From Tubiluchus corallicola (lineage: Eukaryota; Animalia; Priapulida), in assembly GCA_030141605.1 (NCBI GenBank), contig JAQGDQ010000239.1, forward strand, positions 124,001 to 188,000: a DNA stretch of 64,000 nt, in the 5' to 3' direction. The notes under the pieces are model-generated. The model was not told where the DNA came from. It saw nothing but the letters and a program-made list of their open reading frames with translations, and searched no databases. The position numbers were made by a program, and so were the translations under genes. This document shows positions 14,050-26,950 of this stretch, piece by piece (position 1 is the first letter of the stretch; every line of letters begins with the position of its first letter).

Positions 14050-17000
14050 CGTGTGTGCATGTGGATGTGTGCATGCATGTGAGTGAAAAAAATAAGGAGG
14101 TGACTTATATACTATTATAGGTTCTTTATGCAGCTTAGCAATTTTGTCAGCTGGGATTCAGCACTCAGCTGCAGGACTATTTAATGTACATGGTTTTGAT
14201 GGTACCAGAAAATTCTTACTTATTATTGGGTAAGGATAATCCTCTAAGGTAAGATTCTGAACCAGTATAGATATGTCAGCCGTGTTCAATCATCCCAATT
14301 CAAAGAGATAAAAATGGGACAAGTAAGGCATAATGGACCTGCTTAGAAGCTACTTTCTTATTAGTATTCTATTGTATGATGCGGTTTCATACTGCTTTGC
14401 TTTAGTCACAAACACACTTAACTACTCAGCGATACCCTCACTTTGTCGAAGAGAACTTAATTTGAAAGTATCTAACTCACTTTGTTATTTAATATAGAAA
14501 ATTTGTGTGTGAAAAGTCAGATTTAGTTAAGAATAGTGTCTAGTTTTAGACCATATATTAAAATAACCTTAACTATTTTAGGGGCAAATATTTTTAAATG
14601 ATTTACAAAACCCTAATTTTTGTGGTTTTTTGTGCAAGTACACATTATTTCTCAGATTAGTAGAAATGCCCGTTTTTCAAAAAAAAAAACAGGCCCTATA
14701 TCAGATTAGTAGAATTGTGGATAATGGCACAACCCAGTTATAGTATCAGAATAGCCTAACAATATTATACAAGGGCCCTGGCATGACTATTAAATTTAAA
14801 ACAGTGAATTTAATATTTGTCCTGTTCATATAATATAGCAGTGCCTGATGCAATCTTCACATTTATAAATATGTGCAGGACGCAGAAGGACTCTTACTGT
14901 TGAAAAATTCTATCCAATGTGCATCGTCATGTGCTTGTTAACTGAATATTAAGAAATATAAGAAACATTTTTGTAAATATTGTAGGTAACAAAATGTACA
15001 TTTTACTCAGTAGGTAAGGTGAATGAAAGAATTGCCTTATTTTCCTTTATAATTTAATCATATGAATTAATTTTTTGTTAGTTAACTAGTCAGAATCCAT
15101 ATGTAGAAGTACATATTGGAAATCCTCATGTCTTTACGCCGAATATACGAAATGTTTCGGAGTTGCGAGATGTACTTAGAGAAGCTTTAGCCACCAAGGT
15201 AATATTTTGTCACTGCTTCACTACATACAAGAGTAATAAGTAAAATAAAAGTTTTGCAAAGTGCATTTATAGAATTACTACAGAAAACCTACTAACTAAT
15301 TTTGATGATTTTTTACTTGCAAGATGCACTTTTTTATTTAACATTTTATTTAGTGCAAAACTTTACGAGTTACAAAAACACAGACATTTAAAATAACATA
15401 GACAAATACGAGCACTCACTGACTGCCAATGAATGCAATTAGTTGCAATCAGTAAATATACATTGACCACACTCTGGCAATTTTGGTTGTTCAGTAAATC
15501 TTTAGAATATATGTTTCAAAGGTAACCAACTATCTTGAACTTTTTCTAACATCCCAAAGTTGGCACCGGCTAATTTCTCCACCTTATACATATATTTAAC
15601 ACAGTTTTGTAAGATGCACTTGATCATCACATAAAATGCATGAAAAATAATCAATAAATTAAATTAACTATACTATTTTCTGTTATTTTTTCACAACTCG
15701 TGCTATTCAAGTGTTTGTAACTGAAGTTTGCTGCATAATGTATTGCAGACTACTTTTTTTAGGAGGGAGAGCACAAGCGTACCACATTTTTCTAAAAAAA
15801 AATTTGAAAGAAAACATAAATTGTGTAGGCTTTCATTTATATTACTGAGTGCTTTGCAGGTTTTTCCTTACCTTCCTTATGAGTTTCAAATGGAAGGTAT
15901 GCTCCAGAGAGTCAGCATTCTTACCGAAAAACAGGATTTCTGTAGAGATAATGCTGGAATTTGGCCACCAAAGGAAGCATTACAAGTAGTATTCTCACTT
16001 TCTCAAGAAAGCTGTGTTGATGCTTGTGCAAAAAGAAGTAAGTTAGCATTTTAAAGAGGATAATAAGTAGTTCTCAGAGTGTAACTAGTCATTAAATTGT
16101 TTACTGAATGCTTGGTTTTCAAGTGTTGTATATGAATAATAATATATTAATAATATGAATTTATTCCACAGCAACGCATAAACATACATATAAAAAGTTA
16201 TTACATTGAAAACAATTATAAACTAAATGAGTCACTGTGAGGAGGAGAAAGGAGCTTTAAGTTTTCGAGTCCTCCACCAGAAGATAAGTTAAATAATTTC
16301 CTTTTATTAAAAAATAAATTAAATAGTGTAAATAGATGCCCATTTCAACAGCAGCTACAAAAACGTGGCATTGTCCTTGTGAACAAACCTGTTTGCTTGT
16401 GTTGTAACAATAACTTTTCATCATGAATCCCCAAATCTCTTTAAAAAGGTGTGTAGTTCCAAATTCTGTTTGAGAGAATTTTCTTTTTGAAAACTATAGA
16501 ATATGTTGACATGGTTGTTATGTCTTTGATTGTTCTATAAAAAACAAAGGTGTTGTTGGCTGGCCTTCACATATGACACTGTTATTTAGTAGCCTATTGT
16601 CATTTTTGCTGGGAAGGGTATGATAAGTATGAGACTATGTGGGGTGTTTGTACATTATTATTATTTCAATTTAAACTGTAGCTGTTGTTGTCGCTTATTT
16701 GTCTGCTTGTTTGTTATTGTTTTAATAATAATGATGATGAGTGACTTAGGATAATGACAATGATGATAATGGTGGTGATGATGATGATTTATCTTTTAAA
16801 GTGAGCCTTGTGAGGCTGTGCTAGTTTTTTAATGTTTATATTATATTTTTTGATGATGTACATGAGAATTGATTTGTAACTATTGTTTTTAGAATTGATC
16901 TGTGAACCATCATTTTTCCCGTTAGTTAATTCTGTGAAAGCGCTAATGAATCTGGGCATCAATTGTTCTCATGCTGTTTTTGAAGAAAATATTTTCCATC

Positions 17001-17654
17001 CTTCTGTTGATGAGAGTAAGTTTAAAATATTTTATCAAAAATGAATTGTAGTAACACATCTTTGCATAATCTTAGTTACTAGTGCTGCAGTATGTGCCAC
17101 AATGGGTAATTAATAAAGGTATTATTAAAAGTGTGATATGCAACCCAATATGCAGTTCTACGGGAAAAGTATATTGGACAAAGGCTCAAAATGTGTTTTC
17201 TTCAGTTTAGTTTTATGTTTACTCTAAACCTAAGTGTACTTATTTATACGTATGGTAATTGAAAGTTAATATTTTACCCATAAATACTACAGTAGTGTAC
17301 CCAAATGATTGTGCCTATACACTGTAGTTGGTAGCAGACTTTCCATCTATCTAATGTTAACCTATCATCTTATACTTACTCTTTTGTATTAACCTTTTAT
17401 TAAATAAGTCTTTCATGGTTTATGTCATATGCATTTCTTGCAGAATGTCAAAACAGATGCTGAAACAGATGCCAATAACTTATGTCTATATTGTTTAATT
17501 TACATTTAAACGTTTTTTTATATTAGGTCAGTGTTTCTTACAAAAGCAGAAGTTACTGTTTAGCTGTGCAGGAGCAGTACAGCATGCCAAAAGAATCTGT
17601 CCATGTCGAGATTTTGTGAAAGGTCAAACAGTTTTGTGTAGTTTGTGCTTTTAG
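6376..17654 (+). CDS. MGAT5: Alpha-1,6-mannosylglycoprotein 6-beta-N-acetylglucosaminyltransferase (GnT-V, GT18 family), 16 coding exons, about 733 aa
   Basis: Exons with GT-AG boundaries and consistent phase: 6376-6525, 7357-7531, 8133-8195, 8618-8766, 9499-9631, 9828-9946, 10569-10744, 11277-11408, 11615-11748, 12353-12474, 13001-13156, 13800-13946, 15082-15198, 15860-16037, 16893-17015, 17527-17654 (2202 nt in total). N-terminal type II TM segment (FLLLMLMCFLLWSLCLLMFLYY). GnT-V signatures: CYADHGVDGSDCS..YLSEVE.FCP.LPWR, PLGELVQWSDLI, RVLDSFGTEP, PHTPDNSFMGFVV, LFVGLGFPYEGPAPLEAIA, C-terminal RICPCRDFVKGQTVLCSLCF*. The small exon 8133-8195 is the least certain. An acceptor at 6351 implies upstream 5'UTR exon(s). 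Confidence 0.93.
7932..8000. repeat. (TA)n microsatellite, interrupted
   Basis: Direct reading. Confidence 0.9.
10759..10798. repeat. (TA)n microsatellite
   Basis: Direct reading. Confidence 0.9.
13139..13211 (+). repeat. 36/37-bp tandem duplication of the MGAT5 exon 11 3' end and donor
   Basis: TTATTGCAAGAAACTAAGGTAA(A)GGTAATGTTTGTAC occurs twice in tandem. Confidence 0.9.
13992..14045. repeat. (GT)n microsatellite
   Basis: Direct reading. Confidence 0.95.
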
Positions 17655-20600
17655 TTAGTTGTCGTACATTTGTAACTTTGATAATATGTATATATTGTTT
17701 ATTTGTTACCCAAGTACATATTTTAATTTTTTAATGAAGCTTTTAGGATAATCTGACTGCGCAGTAGTAGAGCTTTATACTGTATAAGTTGTTTAGTGTT
17801 AAATCTTATACAGGATATGCCAAAAAAGTGTAATTTTTTAAAATTGTAATTGCTATAAAGTGCACAGATTCACGTTAGTTCAAACATTTGCTTGCGTCCA
17901 ATAAATAAAAAGCAGTTAAATGATTTGTGAAAATTTAGTAAGTGACGTTAAATATTTTAACAGCTATGAATGTCTACAAGAAGCTGTAAATATGTCTATG
18001 AAGTGAGGGAAATAGCTAAGTTTGCTTGGCATTCGTAGTTAAGAATGGCACAAGTGCTGTTTCAATGGACGGATGAATGATTTCGGGTTTGATAATCACT
18101 CTAAGCGATTTTTTTCTCCATACTGGTTCTGGCCATTTACCTCATGGAGGGAGCATGCATTCAAACCTGAAAGAGCCCCAGTAATACCTCTTTTGGTTCA
18201 GTGTCTTATTTTAGAGGCATAGTCTTGATAGCAAATCAGGTTCTAGTCTCACCATAACATTCATATTGAATAGGCCTTACCATTGAACATTTTGGATTCT
18301 ACTTTACATTGTGTGCTGAACTGTATAAAATACAAGTTTATAAATTAAAGTTAACACTAGCAAATCATGATGGCATTTTTTCAACAAAAGTTGAAACAGC
18401 TGAAACAGCAAGTGAATGTTTAGAAAATGGCTTCAGTTTTGTGTAGATTGTGATTATAGTTTGATACATTAGAAGATAATTTGTTGGTAAGTTACTAAGG
18501 TTAGTAAAGAAATAGGTATCACAATTCTTCAATCAATAATTTGGTGTTATCTGCATATTCTCAACTGTGGGACTGTTCTGATTTTTGATTTTATGATAAT
18601 GAATTCATTTCGCAAATGAAGATCTATCATTTTCGGCTCCATTTGTAAACTGTATGCCATACGCCTCGTTTTGTCGTATTCTGTACTTTACATGCTGGTT
18701 TATCCTAGGAATTATACTTGGCCAAATGTTTGCTTTAAGCATTAAACTATGATGCAATTTACATTCGCACCTATCAACCTCATTTTATAAAACTTGTAGG
18801 ACTTACTAACTGTTAAGATATTTGATGTAAATGCATGATTCAGTACCTACTTATTTACTTTTTACTTATTCAGCGTAAAAACCATGATTTTAACTTGGTT
18901 TGATTTTTTGGCATATGCTGTAAATAATCCGCTTTTCATTGACTGATTAGTTTTAAGCTTTGTTTGCTTTTAATTTTGTATTGAAACTTTCAACACTTAT
19001 TTGTTTCATACTTTATTGATGGAAATACTAAAATAAGATTTAGCAATGATTTATATTCATAATATAACCCACTTTTGTAGAAATATTCAATTTACTAATA
19101 ACTATGGCTCCCTGTAACATTATTTAATGTTAACAAATTTTTTTAATGTTTAAAAATCAAATACAGCATATTTTGTAATGTTTCAATTTTACACAAAAAC
19201 AGAAAAAAGGCTTTAACTATGATTTTCTGATACTTTTAAGTTTTTCTTGGTGATTTATATAAGTGAAAATCGGATGTGAAGATGTCATTTCCAAAGAAAG
19301 TATAGAACTTGATTTCGTACACTTGACACATTTAATGATGCCAGTAAATTTCAGTCCTTAATTATTGCAATGTTTGCGTTTGGTTGTCATGTGCTATGTG
19401 TACATGGTTTTCACTGTGTAGCTTTGTTTACAAATTCTGCTTCATAGCAATGACATGGTATCCAAGCAAGACGTTGCTAGCACAGTTGTTTAGCCTGTAA
19501 TTTTCTATATAAGGAAAACCGAACAAAATGTTTTGGGTGAAAATACAACTTCAAGGTCCGATTTCATTAGAAAGGAAGCCTCGAAATTTAATAAAATTTG
19601 TGTCAAATCTTAAGTTAAGTAAGTTACCTCTATTGATGAAAGAAAACTTGTTTTTATGTTAAATTTGACCTTTAATTATCTGTGAAACATATATTTATAC
19701 TCGGGTAATAATAATAAGAATAATGAGTATTCCATATAATGTTCAAAGCAAGAACAAAAATTGATTGTGTATTTTACCGACTGTGTATTATTTTCGCCTG
19801 CTTTCAATCTAGTCATTGACATATTCCGATAATTGATAAGGAAGTACTTTTACTACTTTTGAATGTGGTACCTATAGTTGTTTTTTTTGCAAAATTTTAC
19901 TGTGTATTTGCTACTACTTTCTAACATTCTCACCCGTACATGATTATATCACATAGTATAAGGCACGAAACTTTTAAGTGCCAAATCTATCTATATACAT
20001 ATATATCTTTGAGTGAAGCCGTAAAGGAACTGTACAGTTTTTAAGGACAGTTAATGAAAATGATAAGATGTTCTGTCTTGTTGTTGGTGGTATGGTTTCA
20101 ACCGTGATACCACTAGATTATGAGCTATATTCAACCATGATCATTCATATGCCTTTTCGAACAAAGAACATATATTATTTGCACATAAAGATTTTAAGTC
20201 AGCCATTGTCTGGGGTTGAAAGCCAGTTGCTCTAATTTTTATAAGAACACAGTTCCCCAAAACACATCCATTAAAGACACATTAAGCATTATCTTCCTTA
20301 TAATAAGAGCTAGGGTGGAAATGATCAGTTTTTTAGTTTTTTTATTGTTAATATTGTCTTTGGACTAACATATTCTTCAAGCATTATCATCATAATGTTT
20401 TTATAGTATATAACTTTCTATGTAGTGATAAATTACAAACTATCTGTGTTGTTTTTCTGTTTTAGTCTGTTTAAGTAACTTGCATGTATGTCTTGGTGGA
20501 TTGTTGGAGTGTTTATTAACATCGGTGTAGTGTGGTATAGGATGTGACTAAATCACAGAAGATTTATTTATTTTTATTTGTTGTAAATGTAAGTGTTGTC

Positions 20601-21333
20601 GGCAGCTTGTGTAACTGTAAAATCATTAACTTAAAAAAGTATCTAATAAAATTGATATACATCTATTATTATTGTAATCTCTAAGTGGTTAAAATCTCAT
20701 TGAATGTCACTAGTTGTTATTGTAAATACTGCATCTAAATAAAAGAAAAATAAATCTGCGATATTAAGTAATTAACAGTTTTTTGCATATGGACTGATGA
20801 TTAAAAAAGTCAATAACCAAATTGTACAATATGACATTATGACATTTATACAAATTTACTAGTTTAAATCTGGTTTGTTTGGTCGTAAGCTTAAAATAAT
20901 GTAATTTTTAACTAAATATAAACTAATGTAAATAAATGCAATCAACTCATGTGGCACATGTGCACACAAGTAATTTTTGCAGAGAATCCTGCATTACAAA
21001 TGGATTTTTTTTATTGTCAAAATACCCATTGTACAATAATAATAAGGTCTGCAGCAAGGAAGAATAATGCACTGAATGTACATTTAAACAGTGCAAAATA
21101 TCTCTGGGAATGTTTGGCCTATGCAAGCCAAAATCGTCAATGGCCGAGGGATGGCCTTTGACTTTTGTCTGTTTAAGCACACTTCAATCTAGAATCAACT
21201 ACACAATGAATAATTCTCTAAGATGAGACACAGAACCAGTAAACGTGTATAGAGGAGTTTTCATCAGTGTCGAATGTATAAGCTCACTGTACACCCTTTC
21301 TAAGAGAATCTGAAAGAAAGAGTCAGAGGTAGG

Positions 21334-22051
21334 CGTGGGTGCCACCAGGTGGACGCACTGATGCACGTGCATCCAAAGAATTTCTTAAGAAAATTTTTTT
21401 ATGGCCAAATAATTTTTTTTAGCAGTAAGCCAAGAAACACACCAACCCCTTGTTTGTTTGCGCAATCCCAGAGCAGTCAACTGATTTACATGGTAAAGTG
21501 ATGTTATGTATGTCACTTACATAGTGTTGATTCTCGGATCATTCTCCTATCGATTTCCGTTGTCTAGACAGTTTTTAGCTAACTGTAACTGCACTTCTGC
21601 ATTCACGTTAACATATTAAATTTTGTATGAACAGTGGGTGGGCTGTAAACTTAACAGTCTCAAATCAGTTGTGTTTGACTATCAACATTTTGCTGGATAG
21701 ATAATCTTGACACTAAACAAATGAAGCTTAAGTAATGGGTAATGTATTACGAACTTGCTTTTAAGATATATGACTACTAGAATAGAACTTACAACTTAAA
21801 AGTAGAACGTGTATCCGCTGATCGGTAAGTTTACATTTTAATCTATTTTACAATACAATGAATATTACCTAGGTAAATGTAGGTAAAATATATTTATTAA
21901 AGCAGAATTTTCCACGTTTGAGGAAGTCTACGTACCAGGGTCCAGAATTCATATCTCACTTGAGGCCTCAAATACAGGAAAATGCGTTAGTAGCCCCCAA
22001 ACCTCCTAGGTGCTTATGCGTCAAATTTTTTAACCTCTGGCGGCGCCCATG
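21334..22051. mobile_element. Non-autonomous hAT-like DNA transposon (718 bp)
   Basis: Perfect 8-bp direct repeat GAGGTAGG at 21326-21333 and 22052-22059. Imperfect 15-bp TIRs: CGTGGGTGCCACCAG versus the reverse complement of the right end, CATGGGCGCCGCCAG (12/15, all transitions). An 8-bp TSD with short CA-type TIRs is the hAT signature. Confidence 0.75.
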
Positions 22052-22697
22052 GAGGTAGGCAGTATAGATGGGACTGTCCAGGTCCTGTTTTCCTGGCTGT
22101 CTATGTTGCAGATTTTCACGACTAAGCAAACACAGTGACCACTCAGCTATTCTCCATGCGCTACACCTTTGTTGTACCATACAAATACGGTGTATTTTGA
22201 GGGCAATTATAAGAAAACCATTGTATTTTGTTATTGTTCCATTTGTCACTCAGTTACTAATAAACAGAGCAACTATAACCAATCAGTTTTAAAATTTTTA
22301 TGTGTTCATTGGGACATAAACAGTCACTGAATTGCGTTATGATTATCAGTGACGTGTATTTTAATTAAAGGGTAAATGCAATATTAACAATACATCTGGC
22401 GCAATTAGTCTATTACAGGAGCAAAATATCCTTTAGAAGTTTGACGATAGATGCCACCGCTGCCGTTTGGTCACCGCTAGCAAAACGGTACACCGCATAA
22501 AATTTTTATTTAAATAAAATAAAAACAATTTTTATAGCGCTAGGCTGGGCTATAGCAATTATTTTTTCGACAGTCCACCGCAATTCTAGTTTGGTTTCAA
22601 ATAACGAAGACGAAATTTGTTGTAAGCAAATTACAATGATCTTGTGTTAATAATTTCGTGCAACCGTTCTGCGCAGTTTCCGCCCTTGGCAGCCGCC

Positions 22698-22826
22698 GTA
22701 GAACGTGTATTTGCTGATCCGTAAGTTTACATTTTAGTCTATTTAAGTAACTTGCATTGATATCTTGAATAACTGGAGTGTTTATTAACATCTTTAAGCA
22801 GTACTATTAAATTACAGGAATCTTAA
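22698..22826 (+). other. Probable 5'UTR exon end and 97-nt 5'UTR intron of the phosphorylase gene
   Basis: Consensus donor GTAAGT at 22721 and acceptor TTACAG ending at 22817, 9 nt before the ATG. A locally CpG-rich, promoter-like stretch lies at about 22440-22700. Confidence 0.6.
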
Positions 22827-25403
22827 ATGGCTTTGCCACAGTCAGATCACGACAAGAGGAAGCAGATCAGTGTTCGAGGGATAGCACAGGTAGAGAATGT
22901 CGCTGGTGTCAAGAAAACATTTAATAGACATTTACATTACACTCTAGTCAAAGACAGAAATGTGGCCACGCCTAGAGATTATTTCTTTGCTCTTGCTTTC
23001 ACTGTTCGTGACCACCTGGTTGGGCGATGGATTCGTACCCAGCAATATTATTACGAGAAAGATCCAAAAAGAATTTACTATCTTTCTTTGGAGTATTACA
23101 TGGGCCGCAGTCTCACAAATACAATGGTCAATCTTGGAATACAAAGTGAATGCGATGAAGCTATGTATCAACTTGGTCTTGACATCGAAGAACTTGAGGA
23201 AATTGAGGAAGATGCAGGACTTGGTAATGGTGGTCTTGGTCGTCTTGCTGCATGTTTCTTAGATTCAATGGCTACTCTTGGTCTGGCTGCTTATGGTTAT
23301 GGGATTCGGTATGAATATGGAATATTTGCACAAAAAATTAAAGATGGGGGACAAGTCGAAGAACCTGATGACTGGCTACGATATGGCAATCCATGGGAAA
23401 AAGCTCGCCCGGAATACATGCTTCCTGTTAATTTCTATGGCCAGGTAGAAAATACTGACAAAGGTCCTAAGTGGGTTGACACGCAGGTTGTATTTGCAAT
23501 GCCATATGATAGCCCCATTCCAGGGTATGGAAATAATTGTGTGAATACATTAAGGTTATGGTCAGCAAAATCATCAACAAGTTTCAACTTGAAATTTTTC
23601 AATTCTGGTGAATACATTCAAGCTGTAATTGACAGAAATCAAGCTGAAAATATTTCTCGAGTGCTATATCCCAACGACAATTTCTTTGAAGGAAAGGAGC
23701 TGCGACTAAAGCAAGAGTATTTTATGGTTGCGGCTACATTGCAAGATATCATCCGTAGATTTAAATCGTCAAAGTTTGGTTGTCGTTCACCAGTCAGGAC
23801 ATCTTTTGAGTCTTTTCCGGATAAGGTAGCAATTCAGCTAAATGATACTCATCCATCTATGGCCATACCTGAAATGATGAGAATATTTATTGACATTGAA
23901 GGACTGTCCTGGGATAAAGCTTGGGATATTACAACACGTACTTGTGCTTATACCAATCACACTGTACTTCCAGAAGCTTTGGAGCGCTGGCCTGTTCATT
24001 TGTTAGAAAAGCTCTTACCACGACATTTGCAAATTATTTATGAAATCAATGCAATATTCCTGAACAAAGTTGTTAAGCGATGGCCTGGAGATTTTGATCG
24101 TATGCGCAGAATGTCACTTGTCGAAGAAGGAGGAGAGAAAAGAATTAACATGGCACACTTGAGTATCGTTGGTTCTCATGCAATCAATGGAGTGGCAGCT
24201 ATTCATTCAGAAATTATAAAGAAGGATATTTTTAGAGACTTTGCAGAGATGTACCCGGAAAAGTTTCAGAATAAAACAAATGGAATCACGCCACGCCGTT
24301 GGTTATTGCTCTGCAACCCGACCTTATCTGATGTTATTGCAGACAAAATTGGCGATGACTGGATAACAGATCTTAGTCAGCTGAAGAAACTTGAACCTCT
24401 TATTCTCAATGATGCTTTCGTCATGGATGTCATGAAAGCTAAGCAAGAAAATAAAATGAAGCTTGCCTCAATTCTGAAAGAGATGTCTGGAGTCACTGTC
24501 AACACATCATCCATGTTTGATATACAAGTCAAGAGGATCCATGAATACAAAAGGCAACTATTGAACTGCCTGCACATCATTACTTTGTACAACAGGATCA
24601 AGAAAAACCCAAATGTCAATATTGTGCCAAGGACGGTAATGGTTGGTGGAAAAGCTGCTCCCGGTTACCATGCTGCCAAGGACATAATAAAGCTAATTTG
24701 TTCAGTTGGTCGAGTCATCAACAATGATCCAATAATAGGCGATCGTCTGAAGGTTATTTTCCTAGAAAATTATCGAGTGACACTTGCTGAGAAAATAATT
24801 CCTGCAGCTGACTTGAGTGAACAAATCTCTCTTGCTGGTACTGAAGCATCTGGCACAGGTAACATGAAATTCCAGCTTAATGGAGCCTTAACCATAGGAA
24901 CCCTTGATGGTGCTAATATTGAAATGAGAGAGGAAATGGGACCCGAGAACATCTTCATATTCGGGATGACAGTAGAAGAGGTCGCTCAGCTGCGTAACAG
25001 AGGTTACAGACCCATGGACTACTATAACAGCAATCCAGAGTTAAAGCTTTGTTTGGATCAAATCCGTGGTGGATACTTCAGTCCAAATGAACCGACAGCA
25101 TTTCACTTTCTTGTCGATCACTTATTGCATCACGATCGCTTCTGCCTGATGGCCGATTATGCAGCATATATCAAGTGTCAAGAAAAAGTCAGCGAGGTGT
25201 ATGCTAATCCTGTTACTTGGACACGCATGTGTATCATGAACATAGCAGCTTCTGGAAAGTTTTCTAGTGACCGCACAATTGCCGAATATGCACGAGAGAT
25301 CTGGGGAGTTGATCCTTCTGTTATCAAGCTACCTCCACCTAGTGAGCCGCCTCTTGGTGGAGAGAAGCAATCAGGTGAAGATAGTATGCCAAATATGGAA
25401 TAA
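22827..25403 (+). CDS. PYG: Glycogen phosphorylase (GT35), single-exon CDS, 858 aa
   Basis: Uninterrupted ORF with the metazoan N-terminal phosphorylation site (KRKQISVRG, Ser14 equivalent), [49 protein letters not shown] and the PLP-lysine motif [10 protein letters not shown]. Confidence 0.98.
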   Translation: MALPQSDHDKRKQISVRGIAQVENVAGVKKTFNRHLHYTLVKDRNVATPRDYFFALAFTVRDHLVGRWIRTQQYYYEKDPKRIYYLSLEYYMGRSLTNTMVNLGIQSECDEAMYQLGLDIEELEEIEEDAGLGNGGLGRLAACFLDSMATLGLAAYGYGIRYEYGIFAQKIKDGGQVEEPDDWLRYGNPWEKARPEYMLPVNFYGQVENTDKGPKWVDTQVVFAMPYDSPIPGYGNNCVNTLRLWSAKSSTSFNLKFFNSGEYIQAVIDRNQAENISRVLYPNDNFFEGKELRLKQEYFMVAATLQDIIRRFKSSKFGCRSPVRTSFESFPDKVAIQLNDTHPSMAIPEMMRIFIDIEGLSWDKAWDITTRTCAYTNHTVLPEALERWPVHLLEKLLPRHLQIIYEINAIFLNKVVKRWPGDFDRMRRMSLVEEGGEKRINMAHLSIVGSHAINGVAAIHSEIIKKDIFRDFAEMYPEKFQNKTNGITPRRWLLLCNPTLSDVIADKIGDDWITDLSQLKKLEPLILNDAFVMDVMKAKQENKMKLASILKEMSGVTVNTSSMFDIQVKRIHEYKRQLLNCLHIITLYNRIKKNPNVNIVPRTVMVGGKAAPGYHAAKDIIKLICSVGRVINNDPIIGDRLKVIFLENYRVTLAEKIIPAADLSEQISLAGTEASGTGNMKFQLNGALTIGTLDGANIEMREEMGPENIFIFGMTVEEVAQLRNRGYRPMDYYNSNPELKLCLDQIRGGYFSPNEPTAFHFLVDHLLHHDRFCLMADYAAYIKCQEKVSEVYANPVTWTRMCIMNIAASGKFSSDRTIAEYAREIWGVDPSVIKLPPPSEPPLGGEKQSGEDSMPNME

Positions 25404-25439
25404 TTTCAGCCTTGCCAGGCTATCATATTATATACCGGT

Positions 25440-26950
25440 ACTTGATGTGAATTACATTGCATCTGCACATATCATAAATGCAGTGCAGTTAAAACTTGTT
25501 TGATATTGTGTGACTAGTTTGTTGAAGTTTTGAAATTTAAATTATATTTGAGCGGAATGAAAATTTGAAGTTTTTCTTTAGTAACACTATATTAAACTAA
25601 CAATTTGCCTTTTGTTTTGAATTTTGCAAAGCCTTACTATGAATTTGGCAGTTCTGTTGAGTTTTGTATTGAAAATATGCACAGCGGTACAATTACTTGG
25701 TTTTTTTTTACACAAGATGTCCTTAGTGATATAGGTGATTAAGCACAAACTGTGTTTGGGAATAAAAGCTGAGAGTATTGTACATTTCATCTTATTTAAA
25801 TAATCTCTATTAGGCAGTAGAACTAGCTTTTTCATATCTAGATATATTTTAGTTATAGTACATAACTTTTTTGGACCGTAGGCTTATAGTTGTTAACTTG
25901 TTTGCTTGCTGTAACTAGCTGTAGTGTTTTCTTTGATCGTCAGTGTACTCGTTTGTTTTGACTAAGGTTGGTATATCCTGTATCTTGGTGAAGCAGCAAG
26001 AATCCATGCATTCGGCAAAGCAGCAGAGAAGAGTATTATAATTATACTTGAATATTTTTAGCTCGGGTCTATGGGTTCACTGAGAAAACCTGACCTTGGG
26101 AGAAACTGAGTAAGAAATAATGAAAAATAAAAGCAGACAGTTGAATTTCCAGCACCATACACAGTGTATCATGTTTACTGTACAAACAATAATACACTTG
26201 ATGTGAATTACATTGCATCTGCACATATCATAAATGCAGTGCAGTTAAAACTTGTTTGATATTGTGTGACTAGTTTGTTGAAGTTTTGAAATTTAAATTA
26301 TATTTGAGCGGAATGAAAATTTGAAGTTTTTCTTTAGTAACACTATATTAAACTAACAATTTGCCTTTTGTTTTGAATTTTGCAAAGCCTTACTATGAAT
26401 TTGGCAGTTCTGTTGAGTTTTGTATTGAAAATATGCACAGCGGTACAATTACTTGGTTTTTTTTTACACAAGATGTCCTTAGTGATATAGGTGATTAAGC
26501 ACAAACTGTGTTTGGGAATAAAAGCTGAGAGTATTGTACATTTCATCTTATTTAAATAATCTCTATTAGGCAGTAGAACTAGCTTTTTCATATCTAGATA
26601 TATTTTAGTTATAGTACATAACTTTTTTGGACCGTAGGCTTATAGTTGTTAACTTGTTTGCTTGCTGTAACTAGCTGTAGTGTTTTCTTTGATCGTCAGT
26701 GTACTCGTTTGTTTTGACTAAGGTTGGTATATCCTGTATCTTGGTGAAGCAGCAAGAATCCATGCATTCGGCAAAGCAGCAGAGAAGAGTATTATAATTA
26801 TACTTGAATATTTTTAGCTCGGGTCTATGGGTTCACTGAGAAAACCTGACCTTGGGAGAAACTGAGTAAGAAATAATGAAAAATAAAAGCAGACAGTTGA
26901 ATTTCCAGCACCATACACAGTGTATCATGTTTACTGTACAAACAATAATA
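25440..26950 (+). repeat. Near-perfect tandem duplication, 2 x 755 bp (period 756), in the phosphorylase 3' region
   Basis: 25440-26194 recurs at 26196-26950. Identical 82-aa shadow ORFs at 25587 and 26343 are exactly 756 nt apart. No differences were seen by eye. Confidence 0.95.

Noticed and set aside
11937-14078. ORFs rich in YI or HT repeats
   Set aside because: Translations of (TA)n and (GT)n microsatellites.
16140-16600. Possible degenerate LINE 3' end in an MGAT5 intron
   Set aside because: Only a vague WN..P-like resemblance; too decayed to support.
22827-25403. Horizontal transfer as the explanation for the intronless phosphorylase
   Set aside because: The protein has the animal-type N-terminal Ser14 regulatory segment and a metazoan-like sequence throughout.
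22944-25503. Short ORFs overlapping the phosphorylase CDS on both strands
   Set aside because: Shadow frames of a long conserved CDS with no independent motifs.
25587-26591. Two identical 82-aa minus-strand ORFs
   Set aside because: By-product of the 756-bp tandem duplication; AT-rich and without a recognisable domain.
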